Of a DNA stretch of 64,000 nucleotides, positions 33,215 to 43,637 are shown piece after piece; the stretch's first letter is position 1, and each line of letters begins with the position of its first letter. The DNA is from an uncultured Clostridia bacterium. GTDB taxonomy: Bacteria > Bacillota > Clostridia > TANB77 > CAG-508. A program made the position numbers and the translations under genes. The stretch covers positions 3,045 to 67,044 of the forward strand of contig CAKPPO010000006.1 in the NCBI GenBank assembly GCA_934177725.1, given 5' to 3'. Under the pieces are notes generated by a model that ran no database searches, was not told the origin of the DNA, and was given only the letters and a program-made list of their open reading frames with translations.

Positions 33215-33772
33215 ATGTTAGATTGGAAAAGAATTATAATTATTTTAGTTTTTATTATTTTAATTATTGGAATTATAACAGGAGTGTATTTTATAGTAAA
33301 AAATAAAAATACAGAAAAAGAAATGACAGAATATACTCCACAAGAAGAAATATCAGAAGAACAAATGAGACAAACAATGGTATCGCTATATTTTAAAAAT
33401 GATAATGGATTAATTCCAGAAGCAAGATTAATAGATGTAAAAGAATTAATAAATAATCCATACGAAAAAATATTAAATATGTTAATACAAGGTCCTAAAA
33501 ACGAAAATTTGAAAAAAACGATTCCAGAAGGAACAAAAATTAATAGAATAGAAAAAGAAGGAGAAAACTTAATTATTGACTTTTCATCAGAATTTATAGA
33601 AAAACATATAGGAGGAGAACTAGAGGAAAAATTGACAATTCAATCTATTGTAAAGACTGTAACAGAATTAACAGAAATTAATGGAATAAAAATAAAAATA
33701 AATGGTGAAGATAATAAGGAATTTAAGGATGGAAAAATAAAATTTGATAAAATATTTAATAGAGATTTTTAA
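33215..33772 (+). CDS. GerMN domain-containing membrane-anchored protein (sporulation/germination-associated)
   Basis: N-terminal TM helix, then a GerMN-like domain (VSLYFKNDNGLIPEARLIDV...ILNMLIQGP). Confidence 0.55.
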   Translation: MLDWKRIIIILVFIILIIGIITGVYFIVKNKNTEKEMTEYTPQEEISEEQMRQTMVSLYFKNDNGLIPEARLIDVKELINNPYEKILNMLIQGPKNENLKKTIPEGTKINRIEKEGENLIIDFSSEFIEKHIGGELEEKLTIQSIVKTVTELTEINGIKIKINGEDNKEFKDGKIKFDKIFNRDF

Positions 33773-34346
33773 ATAAAAAGAATAAGAATTAATTTTAATA
33801 AATTAATTCTTATTTTTTTACTATTAATAAAAAAATGATAAAATATAAAAATATTTATTTAATAAATAAAACTATAAAATAAATAAAAAGATATTTATTA
33901 TTTTTATAAATATTTTCTATTTATTTTAAAAATTTATATAAATTCATACATTTACATATTTTTTTTATATTGCATAAAAAATTTTCTACCTCAAATAAAG
34001 AATTTAAGGAGCAATCTAAATTATTACAAAAAGAATTATTTATATTTTTAGAATGAATATTATTACAATTATTATAATAATATTTATTTTTTTTATATCC
34101 ATTAATATTCATAAAAAACAACCCCATAAAAATTAATAATAAAATTAATAATTAAAATGAATAATAAATTAATTAAATTTTTATTTGTGATTTATAATTT
34201 ATTTTTATTGCATTTAAATAAATTTATTATTTACTACATTATATGTAAAAAAAATAAATTAGTTCAAAAACACTAGTAAAAATATAATGCTTTATTTTTT
34301 CATTATTTTATAGTATAATAAAAAATATATTAAATAGGAGAAAAAT

Positions 34347-35090
34347 ATGGATATAGAAATAAAAGAGAATGAACGAATAGATGATTTAGAATATAAAGGG
34401 CTAAAAATAATTCAAAATGCAGAAGGATTTTGTTTTGGGATAGATGCAGTACTTTTATCTGATTTTGCAAAAGAAATAAAAAATAATAGTAAAGTACTAG
34501 ATTTAGGGACAGGTACAGGAATTTTAAGTATTTTATTATCTGGAAAAACAAATTTAAATAAAATATATGGAATAGAAATACAAAAAGAAGTAGCAGATAT
34601 GGCACAAAGAAGTGTGCAATTAAATAATTTAGAAAATAAAATTGAAATAATAAACAAAAATATTAAAGATTTAGAAAATATTTTTGAAAAGAATTCTTTT
34701 GATGCTATAGTTACAAATCCACCATATAAAAAAATAAATACAGGTGAAAAAAATGAAAAAGAAAATAAGTTGATTTCTAGACATGAAATAACAGCCTCTT
34801 TAGATGATTTTATAAAAATTAGTTTTAATTTATTAAAAGACAAAGGTTCTTTTTATATGGTACATAGACCAGAGAGATTAGCAGAAATTATTTATAAATT
34901 AAAACAAAATAAATTAGAACCCAAAATAATTAGATTAGTTTATTCAAATATTAAAAGTGAACCAAAATTAGTTTTAATTAAATCAGTAAAAAACGCAAAA
35001 GAATTTTTAAAAATAGAAAAACCATTATTTATATATAATGAAGATGGAAATTATACAGATGAAATATTAAAAATATATAATAAAAAATAA
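34347..35090 (+). CDS. tRNA (adenine-N6)-methyltransferase-like class I SAM MTase (YabB/TrmN6-like)
   Basis: VLDLGTGTGILS SAM motif and NPPY-type motif TNPPYKK. Confidence 0.75.
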   Translation: MDIEIKENERIDDLEYKGLKIIQNAEGFCFGIDAVLLSDFAKEIKNNSKVLDLGTGTGILSILLSGKTNLNKIYGIEIQKEVADMAQRSVQLNNLENKIEIINKNIKDLENIFEKNSFDAIVTNPPYKKINTGEKNEKENKLISRHEITASLDDFIKISFNLLKDKGSFYMVHRPERLAEIIYKLKQNKLEPKIIRLVYSNIKSEPKLVLIKSVKNAKEFLKIEKPLFIYNEDGNYTDEILKIYNKK

Positions 35091-35133
35091 AATATGCAGA
35101 GGCAACGTCCCTAAAGGAGCATAGGAGGAAAAG

Positions 35134-35961
35134 ATGAGTGGAATATTATATTTGGTGGCAACACCAATTGGAAATTTAGAAGATATTACTTTTAGAGCGA
35201 TAAACATTTTAAAAGAAGTTGATTTAATTGCAGCAGAAGATACAAGGCATACATTAAAATTATTAAATCATTATGAAATTAGTAAGCCATTAATTAGCTA
35301 TCATAGACACAATGAAGAAATAAAAGTAGATGGATTAATTGAAAAATTAAAAGAAGGGCAAAATATTGCTGTTGTTTCAGATGCAGGAACACCTGCTATT
35401 TGTGATCCAGGAGAGGTAATAGTAAAAGAAGCGTTAAAAGAAAATATTAAAGTAGTTCCAATTCCTGGTGCTTGTGCATTTGTTAATGCATTAGTTGCTT
35501 CAGGTCTTGATACAAAAGAATTTGTTTTTTATGGATTTTTATCTATTAATAAAAAATTGAGAAAAGAAAAGTTGGAACAAATAAAAAAAGAAAATAAAAC
35601 AATTATTTTATATGAAGCACCTCACAAATTAAAAAATACATTAGAGGATTTGGAAGACATATTAGAGGATAGAAAAATTGTAATTGCTAGAGAATTAACA
35701 AAAATACATGAAGAATTTATAAAAGGTACGGCAAAGGAAATATTAGAAAAATATACAGAGCCAAAAGGAGAACATATTATTTTAATAGAAGCAAATCCTA
35801 TTAAACAAGAAGATGAAGAAAAATTAAAAATAAATAATATGACAATAGAAGAACATTATAAATATTATGAAGAACAAGGATTCTCAAAAAATGAAATTAT
35901 TAAAAAAATTGCTAAAGATAAAGGTGTTACTAAAAATGAGATTTATAAATTATTTATATAA
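35134..35961 (+). CDS. rsmI: 16S rRNA (cytidine1402-2'-O)-methyltransferase RsmI
   Basis: LYLVATPIGNLEDIT...AAEDTRHT N-terminus typical of RsmI/YabC. Confidence 0.9.
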   Translation: MSGILYLVATPIGNLEDITFRAINILKEVDLIAAEDTRHTLKLLNHYEISKPLISYHRHNEEIKVDGLIEKLKEGQNIAVVSDAGTPAICDPGEVIVKEALKENIKVVPIPGACAFVNALVASGLDTKEFVFYGFLSINKKLRKEKLEQIKKENKTIILYEAPHKLKNTLEDLEDILEDRKIVIARELTKIHEEFIKGTAKEILEKYTEPKGEHIILIEANPIKQEDEEKLKINNMTIEEHYKYYEEQGFSKNEIIKKIAKDKGVTKNEIYKLFI

Positions 35962-36058
35962 AAATAAATATTAATTGTAAATTATTAAAAATTAATGTAA
36001 AGAATAAAAAATAAAAATGACGTAAAATAAAAAATAAATACAACAAATAAAAAATAAA

Positions 36059-36090
36059 AGAACTCCAATTAAAATTGGAGTTTTATTATT
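36059..36090. terminator. Bidirectional terminator hairpin
   Basis: aactccaatt-aaa-aattggagtt, flanked by T/A runs. Confidence 0.5.
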
Positions 36091-36343
36091 ATTCTTCTTC
36101 ATTTAAAGCCTTAATTTGTTTTAAGCATTTATTGCAAATAAGTTTGTCTTTATAATTTGATAATTTTTTTGTATTTCCACAGAAAAGACAAGATTTTTCA
36201 TATTTTTTTAATACTATAGAAGTTCCATCTACAAAAATTTCGATAGGATCTTTTTCTGCGATTTGGAATTGATTTCTTAATTCAATAGGAATAACAACTC
36301 TTCCTAATTCATCTACTTTTCTTACTATTCCAGTTGATTTCAT
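36089..36343 (-). CDS. abrB: AbrB/SpoVT-type transition-state regulator with a C-terminal Cys4 extension
   Basis: MKSTGIVRKVDELGRVVIPIELR is near-identical to the AbrB N-terminus. The true start is the internal ATG at 36343, preceded by AAAGGAGGA. The C-terminus has CLFC...CNKC. Confidence 0.8.
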   Translation of the reverse strand: MKSTGIVRKVDELGRVVIPIELRNQFQIAEKDPIEIFVDGTSIVLKKYEKSCLFCGNTKKLSNYKDKLICNKCLKQIKALNEEE

Positions 36344-36604
36344 TTTATTTCCTCCTTTATTCGCCATTTTTCGACAAAATTTTCTATAACTATAATACCA
36401 CAAATTAAATAAAAACGCAATAAAAAATGAGAAAAAAATGAAAAAATTTGTAAAAAAATGTAAAAACAATATTTGTCTCATTAATGAATAATACTTTTAT
36501 ATTAAGAATATTATTAAAAAAGGAAAAGGCAATATTTGTAATTTAATCATACTACTAGTAGAAAAGTGAATATTAAATTATAGATAAAATAGGAATGAGG
36601 AAAA

Positions 36605-37216
36605 ATGTTAAATATTATTTGGCCATGTTTTATTTTAATATCTTTTGTTTATGCTATTTTAACAGGTAATATAGAAAATATGAATCAATCTATATTTACT
36701 TCGGCAGCTGGTGCAGTAGAACTTTCTATTACATTTTTTAGTACAATTTGTTTATGGACTGGAATAATGAAAATTGTACAACAAACTAATTTTGTAGCTA
36801 AATTAACTAAATTATTAAGACCAATAATAAATTTCTTATTTCCAGATTGCAGAAATAATGAAAAGGCAAAAGAAGAAATTTCTATGAATATGATTGCAAA
36901 TATATTAGGTTTGGGAAATGCTGCAACGCCATTAGGATTAAAAGCTATGAAAACACTTCAAAAAGATAACTCTAAAAAAGACACAGTTTCTCATTCCATG
37001 GCAATGTTTATAGTAATTAATACTGCTTCAATGCAATTAATTCCTACAACAGTTATTGCAATAAGAACATCTTTTAACTCAAGTAATCCTACACAAATTA
37101 TATTTCCAGTATGGGGAGTTACAATTGCAGCTTTTTTAGCAGCAGTGATTGCTACTAAAATATTTATATTTTTTGATAAAAAGAAAAATGAAAATATTTT
37201 TAGAAAAAATAAGTAA
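36605..37216 (+). CDS. spmA: Spore maturation protein A (nucleoside-recognition-domain membrane protein)
   Basis: Gate/nucleoside-recognition-domain TM protein paired with spmB. Confidence 0.75.
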   Translation: MLNIIWPCFILISFVYAILTGNIENMNQSIFTSAAGAVELSITFFSTICLWTGIMKIVQQTNFVAKLTKLLRPIINFLFPDCRNNEKAKEEISMNMIANILGLGNAATPLGLKAMKTLQKDNSKKDTVSHSMAMFIVINTASMQLIPTTVIAIRTSFNSSNPTQIIFPVWGVTIAAFLAAVIATKIFIFFDKKKNENIFRKNK

Positions 37217-37284
37217 TAGTTAAAAAGAAACATGAAAGTGTAAAAAAATATATTATTTAAATAGAGAAAAGAGATGAGTTTTAT

Positions 37285-37812
37285 TTGAAAATTGTTAATT
37301 ATATATCTTCAGCAGCAATACCAATTGTAATGGTAATAATTATTGTTTATGGATTATTAGAAAAAAATAAAGTATACGATACTTTTGTTGATGGTGCAAA
37401 AGAGGGAATGGAAATAGTTATAAAATTATTTCCTACTTTGCTTGGAATTTTTGTTGCAGTAGGTGTTTTAAGAAGTTCAGGGGTTTTAGATTTCATAATA
37501 AAAATAATTTCACCTATTACAAATGTATTAAATATTCCAGGAGAAATTATGCCACTTGCAATAGTAAGGCCAATTTCAGGAAGCGCATCCACAGCAGTAG
37601 CAACAGATATAATAAGCAAATATGGAGTAGATTCAAAGATAGGATTAATTGCATCTACAATTATGGGGTCTACAGAAACAACTTTTTATACTATAGCTAT
37701 TTATACAAGTGCTGTAGGAGTAAAGAAAATAAAATTTGTACTAGCAGCAGCTTTAATAGGGGACCTTGTTGGAATGTTGACTTCTGTAGCAATTTGGGGA
37801 TTTTTGTCGTAA
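37285..37812 (+). CDS. spmB: Spore maturation protein B
   Basis: Second nucleoside-recognition-domain membrane protein directly after spmA. Confidence 0.75.
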   Translation: MKIVNYISSAAIPIVMVIIIVYGLLEKNKVYDTFVDGAKEGMEIVIKLFPTLLGIFVAVGVLRSSGVLDFIIKIISPITNVLNIPGEIMPLAIVRPISGSASTAVATDIISKYGVDSKIGLIASTIMGSTETTFYTIAIYTSAVGVKKIKFVLAAALIGDLVGMLTSVAIWGFLS

Positions 37813-37880
37813 AGTTTTTCTTGACAAATTTAAAATATCGTTGTATTATGTATACACAATTTATTCAAGGAAGTTAAAAA

Positions 37881-37982
37881 ATGTTTATTCAAATCTTATT
37901 ATTTATTTTAATTTATTTTTTTATTCGAAAATTTATTATCTTTATTTTGTATAAAAAAATCCAAAAAAAAATAAACAAATAA
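37881..37982 (+). CDS. Candidate small hydrophobic peptide, 33 aa (type I toxin-like or small membrane protein)
   Basis: MFIQILLFILIYFFIRKFIIFILYKKIQKKINK: one TM helix plus a basic tail. RBS AAGGAAG 9 nt upstream. Candidate promoter TTGACA-17-TATTAT at 37822-37850. Confidence 0.2.
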   Translation: MFIQILLFILIYFFIRKFIIFILYKKIQKKINK

Positions 37983-38287
37983 TGTTTATTAATTTTATCT
38001 TGAAAAATTTATATTTTTAAATTATTAATAAATTAAAAATAATTATAATTTATTAATAAAAATATATCAAAAATTTATATTAAAAATCTAAAAATGTTAT
38101 TAATCTTGTAGAGGGATTTCTTCTAAAAAAGTATATTAACCCCTATTAATATATAATTATAAAAAATAATTTAGATTAAGCCCCTATTTTATTTTTAAAA
38201 CTATACTTAGGAAATCTAAGTAAACAATTCCTTTTTTATTAACAAATTTACCTAACTATTAAAATCCCTCTACAATTAAAATATATA

Positions 38288-38767
38288 TTAATGATGATAA
38301 TTTTCACCATTCATTATTTTAAAACCTCTAAATAATTGTTCTAATAAAAATAAACGAATTAATGGATGTGGAAAAGTCATTTTAGAAAAACATATTAACT
38401 CTTTAGTATTAGATAAAAGTTCTTCTGTCATACCTAAAGTACCACCAATTAAGAATGTAATATGAGATGTAATTAAAGATAAATCTTGTATCTTATTAGA
38501 AAATTCAACAGAAGTATAATTTTTACCTTTTAAATCTAAAGCAATAACATAACTATCTTTTTTTATATGAGACAAAATTAAATTACTTTCTTTTTGTTTT
38601 ATTTCAAAAGATATACTATCATTCAATTTAGATGGAAGTTTTTCATCTGGAAGTTCTATAATATTTAAAATGCAATATTTTGAAAGACGTTTTTTATATT
38701 CGTCGATTGCATCTTTTAAATATTTTTCACGTATTTTTCCAATACAAACAATATCAATATGTAACAT
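38288..38767 (-). CDS. rlmH: 23S rRNA (pseudouridine1915-N3)-methyltransferase RlmH
   Basis: 159-aa SPOUT protein. Follows the walJ-like gene, as in B. subtilis. Confidence 0.85.
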   Translation of the reverse strand: MLHIDIVCIGKIREKYLKDAIDEYKKRLSKYCILNIIELPDEKLPSKLNDSISFEIKQKESNLILSHIKKDSYVIALDLKGKNYTSVEFSNKIQDLSLITSHITFLIGGTLGMTEELLSNTKELICFSKMTFPHPLIRLFLLEQLFRGFKIMNGENYHH

Positions 38768-38780
38768 ATAATTCCTTTCA

Positions 38781-39569
38781 TTATCCTACATCTATAATAG
38801 GACTTGTTTCGTAACGATTTGCAATGCTTAAACTTAAGCTATTTTCATTATAATTATGTTCTATAAGTTCTTCAACGACTGTTTTATAAGCAAGTTCTGG
38901 AAAATTATTTTCTTTACTTAAATGTCCAAGCATTACTTGGTTTAATCCATGGTCTACTAAATAAGAAATAGTTTTTCCAGCGTCTGAATTAGAAAGATGT
39001 CCATTTGGTCCTTTTATACGTTCCTTTAACATATATGGATAGGAAGAACATTTTAAAATTTCAGGTTCATAATTTGCTTCTAATAAAAGAAAAGAGCTAT
39101 CACTTAAATTAGTAATTATTTCTTTACTCATGTGACCGATATCTGTGGCAATACTCATTTTTTTGTTATCATGAAAAAGATTAAATCCGCAAGGGTTTGC
39201 GGCGTCATGTGGAATTGGAAATGGGTTTACTTCAATATCGCCAATTTTAAATTTATTAAATGTAAATGTTTTAATATTTTCTTCATTTAATTTTTCTTTA
39301 TATTTTTGCATTGCATTCCAAGTTTCTACATTTGCATAAACAGGAACATTATATTTTTTTGAAAATACAGCTAAGCCTTTAACATGGTCAGAATGTTCAT
39401 GTGTAATTAAAATTGCATCAATAGAAAAAGGGTCAACATTAATAGTTGCTAGAGCTTCTGCTATTTTTTTAGCACTTTCTCCAACATCTACTAAGATTTT
39501 AGTTTTATTACTTTGTACAATAGAAGAATTTCCTGTACTACCACTATATAAACTACAAAATTGAAACAT
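38781..39569 (-). CDS. MBL-fold metallo-hydrolase (YycJ/WalJ-like)
   Basis: HEHSDH metallo-beta-lactamase motif. Confidence 0.7.
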   Translation of the reverse strand: MFQFCSLYSGSTGNSSIVQSNKTKILVDVGESAKKIAEALATINVDPFSIDAILITHEHSDHVKGLAVFSKKYNVPVYANVETWNAMQKYKEKLNEENIKTFTFNKFKIGDIEVNPFPIPHDAANPCGFNLFHDNKKMSIATDIGHMSKEIITNLSDSSFLLLEANYEPEILKCSSYPYMLKERIKGPNGHLSNSDAGKTISYLVDHGLNQVMLGHLSKENNFPELAYKTVVEELIEHNYNENSLSLSIANRYETSPIIDVG

Positions 39570-39583
39570 TTTATTTTTCCTTT

Positions 39584-40867
39584 TTAAAAATCTTCTTCAG
39601 TTATTCTTTGAATATTTGCACCAATACTTCTAAATTTTTCTTCTATATTCTCATAGCCACGATCAATATGTACAAGATTTGTAATACTTGTTTCGCCTTT
39701 GGCTACTATTCCAGCAATAATTAATGCTGCACCAGCACGTAAATCTGTTGCTTCAACAGGGGCACCATATAATTCTTTTACACCTTCAAAAATAGCAGAT
39801 TTGCCTTGATCCGTAATTTGAGCTCCCATTTTATTAAGTTCAGCAGTGTATTGAAAACGAGATTCCCAAATGCCTTCTTTTATAATGCTTGTACCATTGG
39901 CTAATGCTAAACATACACCAATTTGTGGTTGTAAATCTGTTGGAAAGCCAGGGTATGGTTGAGTTTTTATATTAGCCTTATTTGGTCTTTTATTTGTCCA
40001 AACATGAATAGAATCATCATTATATTCTACATTTGCACCCATTTCTAATATTTTGGCTGTTAAACAATCTAAATGTTCTGGAATACAATTTTTTATTAAT
40101 AAATCACCTTTTGTTGCAACTGCAGCAAGCATAAATGTTCCTGCTTCGATTTGATCAGGTACAACACTATATGTGGCATTACCTGTAAGCTTTTCTACAC
40201 CATTTACTTTTATAACATCAGTTCCGGCACCACGAATATCTGCACCCATTGTATTTAAAAAGTTTGCAACATCAACAATATGTGGCTCTTTGGCAGCATT
40301 TTCTATAATAGTAGTTCCTTTTGCAAGGACACTAGCAAGCATAACATTTATAGTTGCTCCAACAGAAACCATATCCATATAAATTGAGGTACCTACTAAA
40401 TTTTTTGCTGTAGCTGTGATTTTACCTTGTGAAACTTCAACTTTTGCTCCTAATGCTTCAAAACCTTTAATATGTTGATCTATAGGTCTTGCACCTAAAT
40501 TGCAACCACCAGGAAGTCCGACTGTTGCAGATTTACATCTTCCAAGAAGAGCACCAATTAGATAATAAGATGCACGAAATTTGCTGGTCATGTCTATAGG
40601 TGCATTAGCAGAAGTAATGTTTCTAGTATCTATAGTAACCTCATTAGGAGTATTCCAAGTTAAAATAGCACCTAATTCTTGTAATATTTTACAAGAGATT
40701 TTTACATCACTTATAGCAGGAATATTGGAAATTGTACAAACGCCATCTATTAATAATGTAGCTGGTATTAAGGCTACTGCTGCGTTTTTGGCTCCACTTA
40801 TTACTACTTCTCCTTTAAGGCGTGTACCGCCATTTATAACTAATTTATCCAAAAAAATTACCCCCAA
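39584..40867 (-). CDS. murA: UDP-N-acetylglucosamine 1-carboxyvinyltransferase
   Basis: 427 aa; EPSP-synthase/MurA fold with the ISGAKNAA motif. Confidence 0.95.
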   Translation of the reverse strand: MGVIFLDKLVINGGTRLKGEVVISGAKNAAVALIPATLLIDGVCTISNIPAISDVKISCKILQELGAILTWNTPNEVTIDTRNITSANAPIDMTSKFRASYYLIGALLGRCKSATVGLPGGCNLGARPIDQHIKGFEALGAKVEVSQGKITATAKNLVGTSIYMDMVSVGATINVMLASVLAKGTTIIENAAKEPHIVDVANFLNTMGADIRGAGTDVIKVNGVEKLTGNATYSVVPDQIEAGTFMLAAVATKGDLLIKNCIPEHLDCLTAKILEMGANVEYNDDSIHVWTNKRPNKANIKTQPYPGFPTDLQPQIGVCLALANGTSIIKEGIWESRFQYTAELNKMGAQITDQGKSAIFEGVKELYGAPVEATDLRAGAALIIAGIVAKGETSITNLVHIDRGYENIEEKFRSIGANIQRITEEDF

Positions 40868-40980
40868 GTTATCTATTCTTATATAACATTTTCAACTATA
40901 TAAAAAATAGAATATATTAAATATATTCTATTTTTTTATTTTAACATAACATTTATATCACATTTTATTGGATTTTACAA

Positions 40981-41646
40981 CTATTTTTTTGCAGTTAATA
41001 AGTCATTATTCATAAACCATTCTATTAAACCTATTTTAAATTGAATATTTGAGCTGTCTTCCTTTGTTACAATAGAGTATTCTTCTTCATTTAACTCTTG
41101 TTTTATAAGTTCTTTAGATTCTTCAGGAACTATACCAGAGCTTACATTAACAAAACATAGGGGTGGAAACATTACACACCACCAATTTTGACCTTTAGCT
41201 TCTCCAATTTTTACTCGAAGGGCGTCATAATAACCTGCTGGAAGTGAAATATCTCCATAGTTCTTAGTAGGAAAAGAAAAATTCCCAAATTCTATAGTTA
41301 CAGGGTAAGAATAACCATTTTCTTTAATAGTATTGTTTGCTATATTTAAAAAATCTTCTTCATGTAATTTACTTATTTTAATAGCTTCTTCTTTACTTGT
41401 TACATCTTTACACAAGCTATTCATATATTTAATTAAATTATCTCTTACTTTATATTTAAGGTCTTGATCTTCTTTTGTATCGCTATTTGCAATAACATGA
41501 AGACGAAAAACGCTATTTTCAATATCGCTGGAAACTGCATTTACGTAAGATATAGCAGATATTGATATATACAAAAATAATAAAAATAGTAAAATTAAGG
41601 AATTTTTTACTTTTTTATTGCATATAATAGATAATATAGATTTCAT
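40981..41646 (-). CDS. spoIIR: Stage II sporulation protein R
   Basis: FRLHVIANSD...VRD signature. The likely start is the internal ATG (MKSIL) after GGAGGAT. Confidence 0.75.
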   Translation of the reverse strand: MKSILSIICNKKVKNSLILLFLLFLYISISAISYVNAVSSDIENSVFRLHVIANSDTKEDQDLKYKVRDNLIKYMNSLCKDVTSKEEAIKISKLHEEDFLNIANNTIKENGYSYPVTIEFGNFSFPTKNYGDISLPAGYYDALRVKIGEAKGQNWWCVMFPPLCFVNVSSGIVPEESKELIKQELNEEEYSIVTKEDSSNIQFKIGLIEWFMNNDLLTAKK

Positions 41647-41862
41647 ATTACAATCCTCCAAAAATGTATTTCATTTCTTTATAATTTAAGTATTTACAAT
41701 AAAAAAAATTATATACATATTTGGAAAAAATTTTTATTTCGAAAAGAGAATAAAGCTTTGAAAATGTCGAAATATAGGGAAAAGTTTATTTGTAATATGA
41801 TTGACATATTTGTAAAACAATGGTAAAATTTACCAAAAGAAAACAAAAGAGGAGGCTAAAAA

Positions 41863-42387
41863 ATGGAGGTTCAAAAAAATAATTTAACAAAATTATGTAG
41901 TTTTTATGTGAGTGATTGGCATTTGGTAACAATGCTACTTCCTTATATTAATAAAAAAATAAATGAACAAGCAAAAATAGCCACAATCCTAGAAAAAAAT
42001 ATACAAGAAAATGTAGAAACATTAGTTGAAAAATTAAATTTAAAAAATAGAGAAAAAATTTTAAATTTAAATTGGAGTACAACAGAAAAAATAAAACAAA
42101 GCATACATACATTAGAAAAAAATCAAGAATTAATAATATTTATAAATGGAAGTAAAGAATTTATTAAAGAACAAAATAGAAAATTAGAAAAATATTTTTC
42201 TACACATTTTGTATGTGGACCTGTAAAAATAATTAATTGTTATGAAATTATTGAATTTAATGGAAGTATACAAGAAATATTAGATAATCATAGCAAAGTA
42301 TTAAACACTTCGGGTGAAAGAGAAATTAATGAAATTTTTTCAGATTATGAAAAAAGTAATAACAAAGAAATAAAAGCAGTAGGATAA
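41863..42387 (+). CDS. Hypothetical protein, 174 aa
   Basis: Clean ORF with RBS GAGGAGG; no family recognised. Confidence 0.4.
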   Translation: MEVQKNNLTKLCSFYVSDWHLVTMLLPYINKKINEQAKIATILEKNIQENVETLVEKLNLKNREKILNLNWSTTEKIKQSIHTLEKNQELIIFINGSKEFIKEQNRKLEKYFSTHFVCGPVKIINCYEIIEFNGSIQEILDNHSKVLNTSGEREINEIFSDYEKSNNKEIKAVG

Positions 42388-42462
42388 ATAAATATAAAAA
42401 AAATCACTTCATGTTTGAGGTGATTTTTAATATATTTTATTAAATATTATAATGAAAATCAA

Positions 42463-43416
42463 TTATTCTTCTAACCAAACTTCATAAATTTTTTCATATC
42501 CATAGTATGCGTATATATATATACCTCCAACAGTATTTATTTCAGATATATCTAATACGAGATTTCTATTATTTTCTATATTAATATCAGTTGTTAGATA
42601 ATTTCTTTCAGTGTAACAATATGAAGTAGAATCTTTAAATTCTATAGCTTGACCAGCATTAAATTTACTGCAATCTATAGAATTATTACTATTAACAATT
42701 ATTTGACCTGCAAAAAAAGAAAAATGAGCTGTTTTATTAGTTTTACATATTTTAGATTTTATACATAATTTATTATAATTTGCAATGTTTATATTTTTAT
42801 TAATTGTATAAAAATAACCAGCTGCATTGGTTGGAGTAGAATTAAGAAACAAATAATTACTTTCTTTAGAAAAAGAGGAATTTCTATTTTCTACTTTTGA
42901 AAAACTCCAACCACCAGAATTTTCAGTGTATTCATTGCCATCCTTATAAAGATATAACTTTTTTTTATTTTTTCCTGTTATTAATTTTCCGTTAACATAA
43001 GCTGTTTTACCTTCTAATATATCATCTTCTGTTGCAGTAGCATCTTTAGTTACTTCTTTTACAATACCTTTAATATTATCAGCAAATATTGCTGTTTCTG
43101 CTGTAGTATCAGGTCTTATGCCACCAGCCTCATCTATAGCATTAGCGATTGCGGTCTTAAATTCTGTCAATTTTGCAATAGCATCATAATTAGTTCCACC
43201 AGAACTTGTACCACTAGACTCTAATTGAGTATATAAGTCATTTAACTCTGTTTCTTCTTCGATTTTTGCAAGCTCTGTATTTTCTTTAGCTTTTTTGGCT
43301 ATTGTTATAATTCCGTTATCACCTAAAACTAGGTTAATGCTTATTCCTGATAAAATTATTAATACTATTATTGTTACTACCAACGCAACTAATGTTATAC
43401 CTTTCTCTTTTTTCAT
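42463..43416 (-). CDS. Cell-surface protein with a prepilin-like N-terminal TM segment (pseudopilin-like)
   Basis: Start MKKEKGITLVALVVTIIVLIIL after AAAGGAGAA. A G-ITLVA class III-like leader lacking Glu5. The C-terminal domain is Ser/Asn-rich. Confidence 0.45.
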   Translation of the reverse strand: MKKEKGITLVALVVTIIVLIILSGISINLVLGDNGIITIAKKAKENTELAKIEEETELNDLYTQLESSGTSSGGTNYDAIAKLTEFKTAIANAIDEAGGIRPDTTAETAIFADNIKGIVKEVTKDATATEDDILEGKTAYVNGKLITGKNKKKLYLYKDGNEYTENSGGWSFSKVENRNSSFSKESNYLFLNSTPTNAAGYFYTINKNINIANYNKLCIKSKICKTNKTAHFSFFAGQIIVNSNNSIDCSKFNAGQAIEFKDSTSYCYTERNYLTTDINIENNRNLVLDISEINTVGGIYIYAYYGYEKIYEVWLEE

Positions 43417-43578
43417 TTTCTTTCGTTCTCCTTTTTTACATTTTTTCCAAATTTTATAAAAATATAAAAACAAAATAGTATTATGTTTATAAGTTGTTAC
43501 TATTTTTTATAATTTTAGCAGTACAATTTTTTTAAGTCAATAGTTAATATTAAGAAAAAATATAATTTTAAATATTTT

Positions 43579-43607
43579 TGACAGATAGAATATAAATGTA
43601 TATAATA
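43579..43607 (+). promoter_or_regulatory. Sigma-A promoter for the UDPGP/pgm genes
   Basis: TTGACA gatagaatataaatgta TATAAT. Confidence 0.45.
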
Positions 43608-43637
43608 GGGATACTAAAATGAAAATGGGAGGAAATT

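Noticed and set aside
33921-34127. Cys-rich 68-aa minus-strand ORF
   Set aside because: No RBS; it is embedded in a >85 percent AT spacer; the translation is dominated by N/K/Y/I codons expected by chance.
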